A DNA stretch of 64,000 bases from Eledone cirrhosa (lineage: Eukaryota). The position numbers were made by a program, and so were the translations under genes. The notes under the pieces are model-generated. The model did no database searches. It had not been told where the DNA came from and saw only the letters and a program-made list of their open reading frames with translations. The stretch spans positions 340,566,001 to 340,630,000 of the forward strand of contig OZ024743.1 of assembly GCA_964016885.1 (NCBI GenBank), given 5' to 3'. Shown piece by piece: positions 13,297 through 27,357 of this stretch; positions within the stretch are counted from its first letter, which is position 1, and each line of letters starts with the position of its first letter.

Positions 13297-13370
13297 ACGT
13301 TCTTATATATTTGATATATATTTTCCTTATCGAGCCCTCTTTGGATTTTAGTCTTCAATTTTATTATTAT

Positions 13371-13471
<101 letters not shown>

Positions 13472-13647
13472 TGTATGTATATTAATGTGTCTGTGTGTGT
13501 ATGTTTTTGTGTATAATAGTATATGTGAACATATATATGTGATTCACGGATGTACGTTGTGTCCTTGAGCCAGGCTCTTTATTTCACATTTTTTCAAACC
13601 ACCTCAGCTGGAGAAAAATGCGTTGTTGTACTTCAAAGGATCTGCAT

Positions 13648-13793
<146 letters not shown>

Positions 13794-14415
13794 TGTCACG
13801 CTGTTGGGTAGATTCATCTAAAGCATTAACTTCAGATAAACCACCATGAAAAAAAATTAACTGAACTTCATCACTCGAAAGGTTTCATTTAAATAATTTC
13901 TCCCACCAATAGCAGAATGTTGTGGAACACCATCTTCTTGGAGCCGCATTTTCTACTTTGGCAAAAGTATGACATCGAAATTATGGTTAGAAGATGAATG
14001 TAACATAGGAATACATATTCCTCGTTACATTGCTTTAAAATATATTTGACAAATATTTGACGTTTATCAAATAAGAGTTATGGAAGGGATATTTTGTAAA
14101 ATATGGCACTGGCACAAGAATTATAGCCGGCATATTTGGTAAAAGACATTAAAACAATTATGGCAGGTATATTTGGAAACAGATGTCATAAGAACTATGG
14201 CTGAGATATTTGGTAAAAGATTATAAAAGATAACATATTATATCTGGGATATTTGAGTAAAAGAAATTAACGTATCTGACACAACATGTGTGTTCTAATA
14301 TGCGTATACTAAATTGAATACACAGCTTTCGACCATTCTGTATATATTAGAAGCTTAATCGTAACTCTGAATACACTCACACATGCACGGAAACACCACA
14401 CACACACACACACGT

Positions 14416-14556
<141 letters not shown>

Positions 14557-15448
14557 CACGCACACACATACAAATATATATATAACACAAAGATTCCCAC
14601 CGTTGTAATACTGGAGGATTAGTTCGCGATGATCTCCACAAAACTATGCATGTACACATACGAAATCGCATGTGTAGCTACACACGTACATATTTGCACA
14701 CATTAATATAAATACTTGCATCTCTCTCTATATATATGTACATACATAATGACCGATACAGTTAAGTAAATGCGCTTGCTCATACATTTATCCATGCAAC
14801 ATCATAATTGTACATATACACACCCAGCACACACGTAATTATATGTGCATGTGTAGTCGCGCATTATGTGTAAATTACGAATATGTAAATAGATGGATTC
14901 CCCAAAAAGCATAAATCTATGAATATAAAACACCCTGAGCGTGGAATCACTATAAATATATAAAAATATAAAACATATGAAAGTTTTATTTAACAAATGT
15001 TTAAAAATTGGCTTAAACTTATAAAATCATTATGCATAAATACATAAATTTATGAATATTAGTTGGATGATATTTGGATGAAGGTTGTATAATCATAAAT
15101 AACCAGTAAATCATGGAATTATGACAAGATCAGGGAAACTTAGAAACATAAAAATATAGTCAAAAAACCATGAATGTAGATGATACTATGTGGTTGTTTG
15201 CAAATATGCATAACCATATATGCTTGGGCATGTGGAACCATTTATAAATCCGATCATATTCGTATGCATTCATATAGATATACATGCATATACATGCGCA
15301 TATTCCCATTTACACACATATATATATATATATATAAATACACATTCTCCCTCATCTACACACATCGATGTATTCACACATACATACGTACATACACAGA
15401 TACGCATATATATATATATATATTTATATATAAATAAATAAATAATAT

Positions 15449-15975
15449 AATTATCAAAGTTGTGTTCAAATCATTTAATAGCTGACAATCGTTTCTTCCA
15501 AACTCTCGTTTGGAATCATCAGAGCAGTATCAATGTTTGCACATATAATTAACCTCCTATTCAACTGAACAATAATATAGATACATATAAATTGATGTTG
15601 TGAGCAACAGTTTCGTATTTACAGGGTGGAATGGATGTGCCATATATTTTACTAGAATTGTACAATAATTGTACAAACATTCAAGTTCAAATTCAAATTA
15701 AAATTAAAACTAAAATTAAATTAAAATCAAAAGCACGGAGTGCAAACATTGATAATGCTCCGATGATTCCAAACGAGAGTTTGGAAGAAACGATTGTCAG
15801 CTATGAGAAATTGATTGAACACAACTTTGATAATTGTATAATTTATTTATTTACCTGCTCTGTAAAACAACTGATGTTCATACATTAAGCTATTTCTCTT
15901 ACTGGTAATAAGTTAATTAAGAAATTACTGACCTTCCTGTTTATAGTTGTTTATACTATATACATAACTATAAAT
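15449..15975. mobile_element. PLE 3'-end inverted pair with hammerheads and right-hand tail
   Basis: Arms 15449-15542 and 15740-15836; hammerheads 15480-15525(-) with CUGAUGA and 15757-15801(+) with CCGAUGA; stem II UUCCAAAC/GUUUGGAA; GAAAC gauu GUC. Confidence 0.85.
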
Positions 15976-15997
15976 AGTATTATTATTATTATATTTA

Positions 15998-16190
15998 GGG
16001 CGGTGGATTGGCAGTATCGGTAGAGGGTCGGACGCCATGCTTTCCAGTATAGTTACGTTCCTTTACGATCTGACTTCAAATCCCGCCGAGGTTGACTTTG
16101 CCTTTCATCCTTACGGGGTCGATAAAATAAAGGACCAGAAAGCACTGGGTATTTGCTGGTCTTGTGCCTAAAGTAGAAACAATTATTATT
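15998..16190 (+). mobile_element. tRNA-derived SINE (octopod type)
   Basis: A-box-like TGGCAGTATCGG, B-box-like TTCAAATCC, core TTTGCCTTTCATCCTTACGGGGTCGATAAA, (ATT)n tail; many copies in the window. Confidence 0.88.
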
Positions 16191-16256
16191 ATATTTATAT
16201 ATATATATATATATATACATATATACATATATATATAAATATATATATTTATATAT

Positions 16257-16289
<33 letters not shown>

Positions 16290-16767
16290 CAAATAAGTAT
16301 AAAAGAGAAAACACAGGTAAGCATTAAGAGAAGGATTTTATCCAGGTATTTACGACCGTTTCATTGGTAAGTGCAACCTTATATTGCTATACTGCAAATA
16401 GCAGCCACTCAATTATAATTGTTGTTCACAGTCCAAATTTTCAAAATAGTAAGTTACTCTTGAAATAATACTTAATATATAGAGAAAAACATTTATTTGG
16501 AATTGTATTTACTAGTATAGAGAGAGAGGAATCGGGAGGTGAGGGGACAGAGGGAATAGTATAGAGAGAGAGGAAGGGGGAAGAGGTAGGAAGTAGAATG
16601 ACAAACTGAGATAGAGGGAGGGGTAGAGGTGGAAGGATTCTTTGGTCAGTTTTGATAGCAGACTTCATGTCATGGAGTGTAGTGAGTTAAAGAGAATTAA
16701 ATTGATCATAGTGGGAGGGATGGATAGAGAGGGAGAGAGAGAGGGGTGGGGGAGATATAAAGAGATA

Positions 16768-16805
<38 letters not shown>

Positions 16806-17399
16806 TAAGGCGGGTAAAATTCCCGAGATCCATGGACGAGTTCTCTCCAGCGGTCTCTGTCCCTCATTACCGCTGCCATGTCCTGCATACCCAACAGACC
16901 AGTGTCTGTCCTTAGGGCATCAACATACGTTAACCTTGGTCTTCCTCTTCTAGTGTGTCCATGTAGGGGCTCCCAAAGGAGTACTGAGTGCAATGTCAAC
17001 TCTGGATGTCGGTGAGCATGTCCAGCCAACCTCAGTCTCCTCTGTGTCACTTTTGAGCTGACTTTTGGGATGCTCCCATACAGCTCTGAGTTTTTCATCC
17101 TCAGTGTATACTGATTAATGTTCAGAGCCATCCTCAGCATTCTCGTGTAGCACCCATCCACCATCTGAGTGAGTTTCTTGGTCAGTGTCCAAGTCTCAGA
17201 CCCATACAGCAGCTCAGACTCCACTACAGCAATCAAGAGGCGGATTTTCAGGTCTCTACGAAGGTCCGACTTCCACACCGATCTCAAGCTGTGACACGCC
17301 GCCCAGGCCTTGCTCTTCCTCTCAACCACATCATCTTCCGTATTCCCAATCTTTGCTCCCAAATACAGGAAGTCCTCAACCAATTCCAGCGGCGGGAAA

Positions 17400-17455
<56 letters not shown>

Positions 17456-18526
17456 AAGATAAAGATAATAATGACAAAAATAAAAGCACAGAAGGGGGAG
17501 AGAAAGAAGAAAAGAAAAGATAGCCAAGAAGGGGAGGGAAGGAAGGAAGAAAACGAAGAAATAGGAGAGGAATGAGGGAGAAGAGGGGGATATATGTATT
17601 GGTTTTGTGGGTAATTAAAGGGTTTAGATACAAGAGGTTATAAAGTCTAAGTATATGCAGTTTGTCAGTTAGTAGTAGAGGTTAAGGGTTCGATTTGTAG
17701 TGCGAAAACTTCTCTTTGAGTATATGGCTACAATAAATTGATCTCTCGATTTTATTGTTGAGTAACCTATTCTTCGAACTTAAGATGTGGAACAGCTCAA
17801 GGTTGCATAATCGACAGCTTCTCGTACCACTCCGATATGGGAGTGCGTTCGATAATTTTTTCCACTTCAGGGTGTATTGATGGTTACTTTCCCTCGGTTG
17901 CCAGGTCTTGTTTGCAAGGGTAGTTACATAACGGTGTGGGAATGTTTCATTGCGTAACGGTGTGTATACCAACGGGCTTTAAATGTATTCCCAGTCGCTC
18001 CGATGTAATACCATTTCTGGTTGTCTGATTCCACTGTGCATTGGTAAATAATGTAACTACCCTTGCAAACAAGACCTGGCAACTGAGGGAAAGTAACCAT
18101 CAATACACCCTGAAGTGGAAAAAAATTATCGAACGCACCTCCATATCGGAGTGGTATGAGAAGCTGTCGATTATGCGACCTTGAGCTGTTCCACATCTTA
18201 AGTTCGAAGAATAGGTTACTCAACAATAAAATCGAGAGATCAATTTATTGTAACCATAGACTCAAAGAGAAGTTTTCGCACTACAAATCGAACCCTTAAC
18301 CTCTTACTACCAACTGACAAACTGCATATACTTAGACTTTATACTCTCTTGTATCTAAACCCTTTAATTACCCACAAAACCAATACATATATCCCCCTCT
18401 TCTCCCTCATTCCTCTTCTATTTCTTCGTTTTCTTCCTTCCTTCCCTCCCCTTCTTGACTATCTTTTCTTTTCTTCTTTCTCACCCCCTTCTGTGCTTTT
18501 ATTTTTGTCATTATTATCTTTATCTT

Positions 18527-18592
<66 letters not shown>

Positions 18593-19190
18593 TTATATCT
18601 CCCCCCTCTCTCTCTCTCCCTCTCTATCCATCCCTCCCACTATGATCAAATTAATTCTCTTTAACTCACTACATTCCATGACATGAAGTCTGCTATGAAA
18701 ACTGACCAAAGAATCCTTCCACCTCTACCCCTCCCTCCATCTAAGTTTGTCATTCTACTTCCTACCTCTTCTCCCTTCCACTCTCTCTATATACTATTCC
18801 GTCTGTCCCCTCACCTCCTAATTCCTCTCTCTCTATACTAGTAAATACAATTCCAAATAAATGTTTTTCTCTATATATTAAGAATTATTTCAAGAGTAAC
18901 TTACTATTTTGAAAATTTGGACTGTGAACAACAATTATAATTGAGTGGCTGCTATTTGCAGTAGAGCAATATAAGGTTGCACTTACCAATGAAACGGTCG
19001 TAAATACCTGGATAAAATCCTTCTCTTAATGCTTACCTGTGTTTTCTCTTTTATACTTTATACTCTAAGATTGAACGGAATTCTTACAAATTTGTGGAGT
19101 TACCCCTAACCGTACGTTGAAACCATCCATCAAACCGGCTTTCTTAACCAAAAACTGGATCACAATAAGCAATCTTTTGCTTCTCTAACT
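16290..19190. mobile_element. Head-to-head PLE pair: 16290-18050(-) and 18051-19190(+), left arm interrupted by an RTE
   Basis: Inverted arms ~16295-17929 and 18051-19059; GIY-YIG end IYQC...WYYIGATG, CRLCNLE, YCSH; right tail 19060-19190. Confidence 0.92.
16805..17395 (-). mobile_element. 5'-truncated RTE-clade retrotransposon inserted in a (TA)n tract
   Basis: Nearly identical to 63271-63857; FLYLG, LLYGSETW, GRPR motifs. Confidence 0.93.
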
Positions 19191-20178
19191 ATATATACAA
19201 ATATACATATTTATATATATATATATGAAAGAAATATTGTTATATTTGGGGAGGGTTGGTTTTCGCTTCCGTATACTTTATACCTCTATAGTTAATTTAT
19301 CTGGCAATCAATGTTTATCATGAATTGACCATCAGTTAAAATATAGATATAGTTACCTACTTTACCTTAGGTGTTTGTCTCGTATAGTCCTATCTCCTGC
19401 CGAGAAGCCTTAGGATTATCTATTAAAAAAAAAAATTTTTTAAAGGCGAAACAGATTGCATCTGTAATCTGTCTAGGAAATTAATAGTTATTGAAACGGT
19501 TTGTACATTTTAATTCATTTTTTATCTTGTCTTATACGTTTGTTTCATAGATTATATTCGTCATACCAAGGTGGTCTTTCAACCCTCGTAATTTTAAACA
19601 CACATTTTACTGTGTTTATTTCTATATATGATATAAATACATATATATATCTATATAATCTCTCATGAGAAACTATATATATATATATATTTATATCTAT
19701 ATTTTTAACTGTTGGCGAATCAATGATAAACATTGATTGCCAGCATGTGCCGTTACCCACTGTCTCACTACTCTATATTTACTATTGTATTTTGGTGGTA
19801 AAGGCTGTACCTCACATAATATCGAATCTATGAGATTTTGATATTTATTTTGAGAACAATACCTTAATGTTGGATGAGCAGACGGTTACCACTGGTTTGA
19901 ACAGGGAGAGGTGAGAGAATTCTGGCCGGATACGGCCGGTTTAAATGCTAAAGTGTTAAAGACGCGTTATTTTAATACTAGACATAGCGTTATCCAATGT
20001 TCCTTTGAAAATAAGGTAAAGTGATTTGAAGAAACGTTATTGAAATTGGATGCACCGTTACACAATCTTTAAAGATATTATCTCAAAATCGAAGTGTTCG
20101 GGTAGATAGAATACCTTGATGTCTGACAGCAGCATCCAGAGGGACGGACGAGTACACTATTTGTAACCTCAATCTTAC

Positions 20179-20232
20179 GTCTGACGCCAGGACATTTTCA
20201 GCCCCACTTTGGTATCTACTTCTGCGTGCAAG
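20179..20232 (-). other. Candidate 54-nt host exon
   Basis: Acceptor ctctctcttttAG, donor GTaaga, length divisible by 3, open in two frames; no homology recognised. Confidence 0.3.
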
Positions 20233-21195
20233 CTAAAAGAGAGAGGGACTTGATGCTAAGGGAGGATGTAGGTATTGCCAAGCATTTCTCAGTTCCACCG
20301 AAATGGTATAATGGGCACACTAAACGTTTAGAGCGGCACCTCAACGACTGGTTGCTGCAGTTTCGGGAACTGATTGATTGGTTTTTGGTATTATTGCTTA
20401 GAAACGTATGATAATATCATTGTCTAAGTTCTTAATGATACATACTAGAGTATTTCAATGTATATTAGGCATTCGGTGGGTTTTCTGAAAGAGTGGTAGT
20501 GGTTAATGACTTCGTTTAGTGTAATGTTTTGGCTTTTGTCTACTGTCATTTACAGATTTATTTTTTTAATTTGACGATTAAGTATTCTATAAAATTCTTT
20601 ATTTGATGACTCTTCATTGCTTTATATAATGAGCCCATCGTCACGAAATACGCCGTAATGTGAGTTTCAGAATTTTTTGTGTGGCTTTCTTAATATTTAA
20701 CAGTCTATCGTCTCATAGATATTGTTTCTACTTTTTGGCACATGGCCAGCAATTAACCAGTACATTACTGGTACTTTCAGGCGTTTTTAACTTGAAAGCC
20801 TCGGCAACGAGAAGTAAAGATTTTCTGGCGCGAATGATAACCTTGATTACTTAGCAAGTAATAGGGATGCAGTTTCTTAGCGAAAATTAATTATTTTAAA
20901 AGTAAATACTTAGATACTGATACTAGAACTGATACCAAATTTGAAAAAAAATTGTATAGGTATTTGTTGCTAATGCTGGTGGAAACTTTAATGATCAATG
21001 TAATGTTTTCAATAAGATTATACTCATTGCGTCTTTGATGCCTACATTTATTTTATCTTGAAGTAGTTTGCTTATTCTACCACGGGCGCTCATATTCTAT
21101 TAATTTCGGTCTTTAGATGTCTGCAAATGTGGTCATTGAAGTGATTTTATTTGTAATATTCGAGCAATGTATGATGTATGACGAGTACTAGGCTT

Positions 21196-21260
<65 letters not shown>

Positions 21261-21983
21261 TATATAAATATATGCATATATATATATATGTATATATATA
21301 TATGTGTTTATAGATCAACATTAAAATATAAAAGAAATCACGATAATTTTAAATTCTCATATTGGCATAATCACACATATTTGGTACAAGGGAATACTGC
21401 TTAAATGATAATTTATTTTATTGACTATAGAAGAATAAAAGCCAAATACATCTCAGAGGAAAACGAAGATTCATGAATATATTAAAACCAAACACGAACT
21501 CTTTCTAATAAGCCATATAATCAATAATTATTATAAAAGTATATTAATAATAAAGACAAGTGTTATCGTTGTATAAATCTGGCATATTTAAAAGTTTTGT
21601 TTCTCACAGAAACTGAGATATTACACTTATGAAGTGAAAAGCTAATTAATGCTTTGATAAAAATAGACTCCCCCTCTAAATTGCAGCCAATTGATATTCT
21701 TACTTAGAATAACGATCGAATTCAATTAAGATCTAAATATTTAATATAAAATATTTCTTTGAAATTATGTAGACCATAAACGAAATTACTTGGTCAGAAA
21801 AGCACTTGTTAAAATATAAGAACATATAATCTCAATCAATAAAATTAAAATGAGTAGCACGCTAATGTGTAAATGGTTTGTACCAGGTTGTCTCAATGGT
21901 GAGATATATCATCGAAGGTAAAACAAAATATTAATATTTATTTAACAAATATACTTACACGCATACACAACTCTCTCTCTTTC

Positions 21984-22024
<41 letters not shown>

Positions 22025-22173
22025 TTAAAAGAATAGAGATGTAACACACAAGTTATGATATATTGGTAAACGGAAAAGAAAATGCTGACAAATTGTTCAC
22101 AGTGAAAAATAGTTTAATTAGGAATAACTGAGAATTAGTAATAGTATTGGTTAGTATTCAGTTTTGGTTTTAA

Positions 22174-22212
22174 GTTTTACCGGTTGCGCATTTCTAATGC
22201 TTTTCAAAAATA
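22174..22212 (-). ncRNA. Minimal hammerhead-like motif with UUGAAAA core
   Basis: uUUU UUGAAAA GCAU uagaa AUGC GCAA CCG GUA AAA; palindromic ACCGGU stem III; GAAA reads GCAA. Confidence 0.45.
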
Positions 22213-22577
22213 ATTTTGAGATAGAGCGTCGGTGATGTTTGCTCTAATCTGATTAGTTTTGGAAATTCTACCTATTTTTATGTTAAAAAAGTGGCTCCAG
22301 CGGTATTAAAATAAGTTTTGCGCCAATTCGTGTTGCAAAAATTCTTGTGGTCAAAACAATTTTGATTGGTCGGAAGAGGTCATGTGAATGTTAAAAATTG
22401 ATTTTGCGCCAAATGTAGGTTTGTATCGGCTGATTGAGAAGTCACTGAAAAATAAGTCTTTCAAAACAAATGTGTGTGTGTGTGTAGTAGTAGTAAAGAG
22501 GTTCGTTGTTGTGATAATGGTCAGCAGGGATGTGTGTGCGAACCGCAGCCTGTTGACAGTTCAAATGCCTATTAACA

Positions 22578-22620
<43 letters not shown>

Positions 22621-23039
22621 GTGTGTATGTGTGTGTGTGTAGCAGAGTAATTCGTGGTAGAGGGATGGTCAGTAGGAATGTGTCTGTAAATGTGTGGGGG
22701 ATATTTTAACATGTTAAAAGATATTTTTCAGCTCTTGTCTTATACGGAGAAGTGTGTGTGTGTGTGTGTGTATATGTCTCTTTGTATGTTAATGTACGCG
22801 TGTGTATGTGTGTGTGTGTGTGTGTATAAGTGCGTGTGTGCGCATACACGTGTTTGCGTATGTGTGAGAATGTGTGTGTGTGTGGGGGTGGGTGGACCAG
22901 TAATTATTTTTGTGGTACTGGTGAAATGGTGTACATTATTCGATATTTTCAGTAAAATCGATTCTCTCAATAGAACATCAAAAACCTTAATAATAAAAGG
23001 TGTGAAATGATATATAGTATTGACATAATACCAAGGTGT

Positions 23040-23315
23040 GTGTGAGTGTGTCCAGATTGTACGTACTGCAAGGGGAATCCATTAGGCCTTGCCGTATTGG
23101 ATACCTGTGCACAAATATGTATCTGGAGTGTGTCCAGAACTTGTATACCTGTGCACAAATTGTATACTTGTTTACAAATTGTACACAAGTATCTGGAGTG
23201 TGTCCAGAAATTGTATACCTGTGTACAAATATGTATCTGGAGTGTGTCCAGATTGTACGTACTTCAAGGGGAATCCACTAGGCCTTGCCGTATTGGAATA
23301 CGTGTGTACAAATAT
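23040..23315. repeat. Irregular tandem repeat in the PLE 3' UTR
   Basis: Recurrent (T)GAGTGTGTCCAGA and TACCTGTG(C/T)ACAAAT units. Confidence 0.8.
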
Positions 23316-23515
23316 GTATGTGCCCATCAGTGTGCAATGCATGTGTGCGTTTATGTAGGTGTGTGTGTCGGCAGGTTTATATCTATAGACATCAAAAGGT
23401 ATGCAAATTTGTGTATATTTGTGTTGCACCATAGAACATGTGTTTACGTATGTCATTGTGTTTATATGTGGGTAGAGATGTATGCTGATGTAGGTGTGTA
23501 TGTTGTGGGTTCGTC

Positions 23516-25830
23516 TTAGGGAGAAGTGTTTAGACAGGGTCCGTATTTGTTAATAAAGTAAGATTCCTTGCTGATGCGCTGGGTGTGGGTGGCATTATCT
23601 TTAAATTTGTAGAGGGGAAAGATTCTGAATTTGGGATGATTTTGGGCGGCACAGGTATCAATATGTTCACTCAGTGGTATTTTCCTGTATTCCCGTATTT
23701 TAATTTGGGATCTATGGACAGTCATGCGTTGGCGGAGGCTGTTTTTGGTCTGGCCTATGTATTGTTCTCGACAACCTGAGCAAGTTAATACATATATTAG
23801 ATTTTCTGATGCGCATGAGAAATTGTGTTTTACTATAAAACGTTGTCCTTCTTTGAAATAGAATTCCGAACCCTCTATTAGGTTGATGCATATGCCACAG
23901 TTGGGTCTATCGCATTTTTTTACTGTGGGTTTCGTTGTTGTGGTTTGCAGTACTTTGGCATGTGTTAGGATGTTTTTCATTGACTTAGATTGTCTTTTGC
24001 TCTTTATGATATCGTGTGTTCGTAGGATTTGGTTCATTCTATGGTCCTTTTTCAACACAGGGATGTTCTGGAGGATGGTATCAAAGGCCTCATTGTTGAG
24101 GGGGTTGTGTGTGGAGATGTATGGAAGAGCTTTTAGTTTCGGTTGATTTATTTTAGGGTGTCTAAGGTCCTGGGTACTGAGTTTTAGGGCACGTTGCATT
24201 CCATTGTCAATTAGTGATGCAGGGTAGTCCCTGCCTATGAGTGTGTCATTTATTTCTTGTAGTCGTAAGTAGCAGGTGTTTTTATTGGAGACTATAGTAC
24301 AGATTCTCTTGGCTAAGTTGGAGGGAATATTAATTTTAACGTGTCTAGGGTGGCAAGAGTTGAAAGGAAGATATTGCTTGGAGTCTGTGGACTTGTAGTA
24401 TATGTCTGTTCTATTTTTTTGTTATGAATCTTAATGAGGATGTCGAGGAAGGGGAGTTGTTGATGGCTGTATTCCATCGTGAAGTTAATATTCGTGTTGA
24501 ACCCATTTATAAGGGTGTGAAATTCTTTAAGTTTATCGATGTTTTCGTGCCAAAGGATGAATATGTCATCTAGATATCGCTTCCAGTTCCTTTCTATGTG
24601 TACGTGGAGAGTGTTTCCAAATTTGTTTAGGACTTTAGTGTAGAGGGTGATTTCCAGGTATCCCATGACTAGGTTGGCATAAGTGGGGGCTGTTTTCGTT
24701 CCCATAGCGGTCCCAGATTTCTGCCTGTAGGGTTTGTTATTGAAAACGAAGTAATTGTTCTCCAAGATAAATATGAGTCCCTCTATCACGAGTTCTTTTT
24801 TGATGCGTTGTGGGAGTTCATTGTTGTAATTATCCAGCCAGAATTGGATAGCTTCTATTCCTAGGTTGTGGGGGATGTTGGAGTATAGGTTGACTATATC
24901 GAACGTCACTAGTAGGGTTTGTTCAGAAAGGGGCATATTAGGGAGGTGATTGAGCATATCTAGGTCGTCCCTTATATAGCTTTTGATGTGTTTGAGAAAA
25001 GGCTTAAGAAGGGTATCAATGAAGTTGCTAAGGCGGTGGGTTTCGCAATCGGGGCCTGCTATTATAGGTCTTAATTTGAGATCATTGGGTGAGGGGACAT
25101 TGATGACTATGTCTGTGGATTCCTTGCATGCCTTACTTATTAATTCGCTTTTATGTACTTTAGGCATACCGTAGAAAAGGCTGGATTTACTTGTGAAGTC
25201 TGTGATGAAGCTGAATTCCTTGTTAGTGAGTCCTTCTTTGTATTGGTTGATCAGAGTTTTTAGGTTTCTCATAATTTTCTGTTGATTGTAGTGTTCAGCC
25301 TTTTCGTAGTATGTTTCGTTTTCCAAAGTGGAGAGCGCTAAGTTGATATAGAATTCTGTCTCCATTAGGACTACTGTACTCCCTTTAACAGCCTCTTTAA
25401 TTGTAATGGTTCTGTCGGTTTTTAATCTATTTAATTCTTCCCATTCTTTCTTGTTGAGGTTTGGCTTGTGTTTTTGTCTGTGCAAGTGTTGGTAAGGGAA
25501 GTTTTTGATGTGTTCACAGAATTCGTCCAGGATTTTACTACTACCTTTTGATGGGGTGTAATTGCTTCTATTTCTGGCTAATGATCATCCTCATTGTACT
25601 GGTCGAATAGTTCTTCACTGAGTCGTAACTTTCTACAGAAGTCTGTGATGTCTTCCTTCATTTCGTAGTAGTTAGGACGTAGTGGGGTCAGTGTGAATTT
25701 AAGACCTTTGGAGAGTAAGTTGATAAGGTTGGGTGTTGGTTCTGCACTAGTTAGATTGATAATTGTTATTACTATCGGTTTCTCTTCCCTGTCTTGTGTT
25801 ATTTTGCTTGCCTGTATCTGTGTGCTGTGT
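23516..25830 (-). pseudogene. PLE RT plus GIY-YIG ORF with a few frameshifts
   Basis: Track ORFs 24313-25485 and 23516-24199 plus upstream N-terminal frame. Confidence 0.92.
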
Positions 25831-26106
25831 CTAAAAAATGGTTGGGGTAGAGGGGTTGTCTGCTGATGTTAAGTGGTCTCCTGTGTTTGTTATATTCCTT
25901 GTTGCTGTAAAATGTGGTTCAGGTTGGTGGTTGTAGATTGAATGGGTGTTCCTGTACTGCGAGTATGGGTGTGTGTTTCTATGTGCCATGTTGGATTGTG
26001 GTGTTATAGGTGGCCTACGTTGTTGGTTGTATCGTCTGGTGTGGGTTTGTTGTGTATTGTACACTTATATACACACACATACACACGCGTACATTAACAT
26101 ACAAAG

Positions 26107-26192
<86 letters not shown>

Positions 26193-26297
26193 ATCCGTAT
26201 AAGACAAGAGCTGAAAAGTATCTTTTAACATGTTAAAATATCCCCCAAAAACTTAGACACATTCCTACTGACCATCCCTCTACCACGAATTACTCTG

Positions 26298-26402
<105 letters not shown>

Positions 26403-26501
26403 AAAATATTAATATTTATTTAACAAATATTCTTACATACACAAACATATATGCATACTCATACACATGTGCGCACACACAGAACTCTCTTTCTCTGTAT
26501 A

Positions 26502-26552
<51 letters not shown>

Positions 26553-26789
26553 TTCATACATATATATATCTATACACACACGTACATGTATATCTATACA
26601 TACAAGCATATACACATATATCTATACATACACACATACACAATCACATATGTAGCGTAATAGATTCAGTATCTTTAGCTCTATGTTTGGTTATTCTGTT
26701 ACGCTCATACAATTTGTCAATCGTTTGAAGAATACGAATTGTGAACACAGAGTTACAAATCAAGGAGCTTCAGCCTATAGTAATAATAA

Positions 26790-27120
26790 TAATTGTTTTT
26801 ACTTTAGGCACAAGACCAGCAATTACCCAGTGCATTACTGGTACTTTATTTTATCGACCATAAGAAGGGTTAATATCAAGAAAAGCATTATGACGGCACA
26901 ATAATTGTTTCTACTTTAGGCACAGGGCCAGCAATTTGGGGGAGGGGAAAGCCGATTAAATCGACCCCAGTGCGTTACTTGTGCTTTATTTTATAGAACC
27001 CGTAAGGGTGAAAGGCAAAGTTAACCTCGGCGGGATTTGAACTCAGATCACAAAGGGCCGTAACTCTATGCTACTAAGCATGGCATCCGATCCTCTACCG
27101 ATACTGCCAATCCACCGCCC

Positions 27121-27151
<31 letters not shown>

Positions 27152-27346
27152 TGTTTTACTTTAGGCACAAGACCAGCAATTCAAAGGGGAGGGGACAGTC
27201 GATTAAATCGGCCTCAGTGCATTACTGGTGCTTTATTTTATCGACCCCGTAAGTATGAAAGGCAAAGCTAAACTCAGAACGTAAAGGGACGTAACTATAT
27301 GTAGCAAAGCATATTGTCCGACGCTCTACCGATGCTGCCAATCCAC
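26790..27346 (-). mobile_element. Cluster of three tRNA-derived SINE copies (26790-26860 partial, 26901-27120, 27148-27346)
   Basis: Reverse complements of the SINE at 15998; separated by (AAT)n. Confidence 0.88.
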
Positions 27347-27357
27347 AATAATGATTA

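Noticed and set aside
14040-14270. Degenerate ~37-bp tandem repeat (ATATTTGG...AAAGA)
   Set aside because: Too decayed to assign; no coding or structural signal
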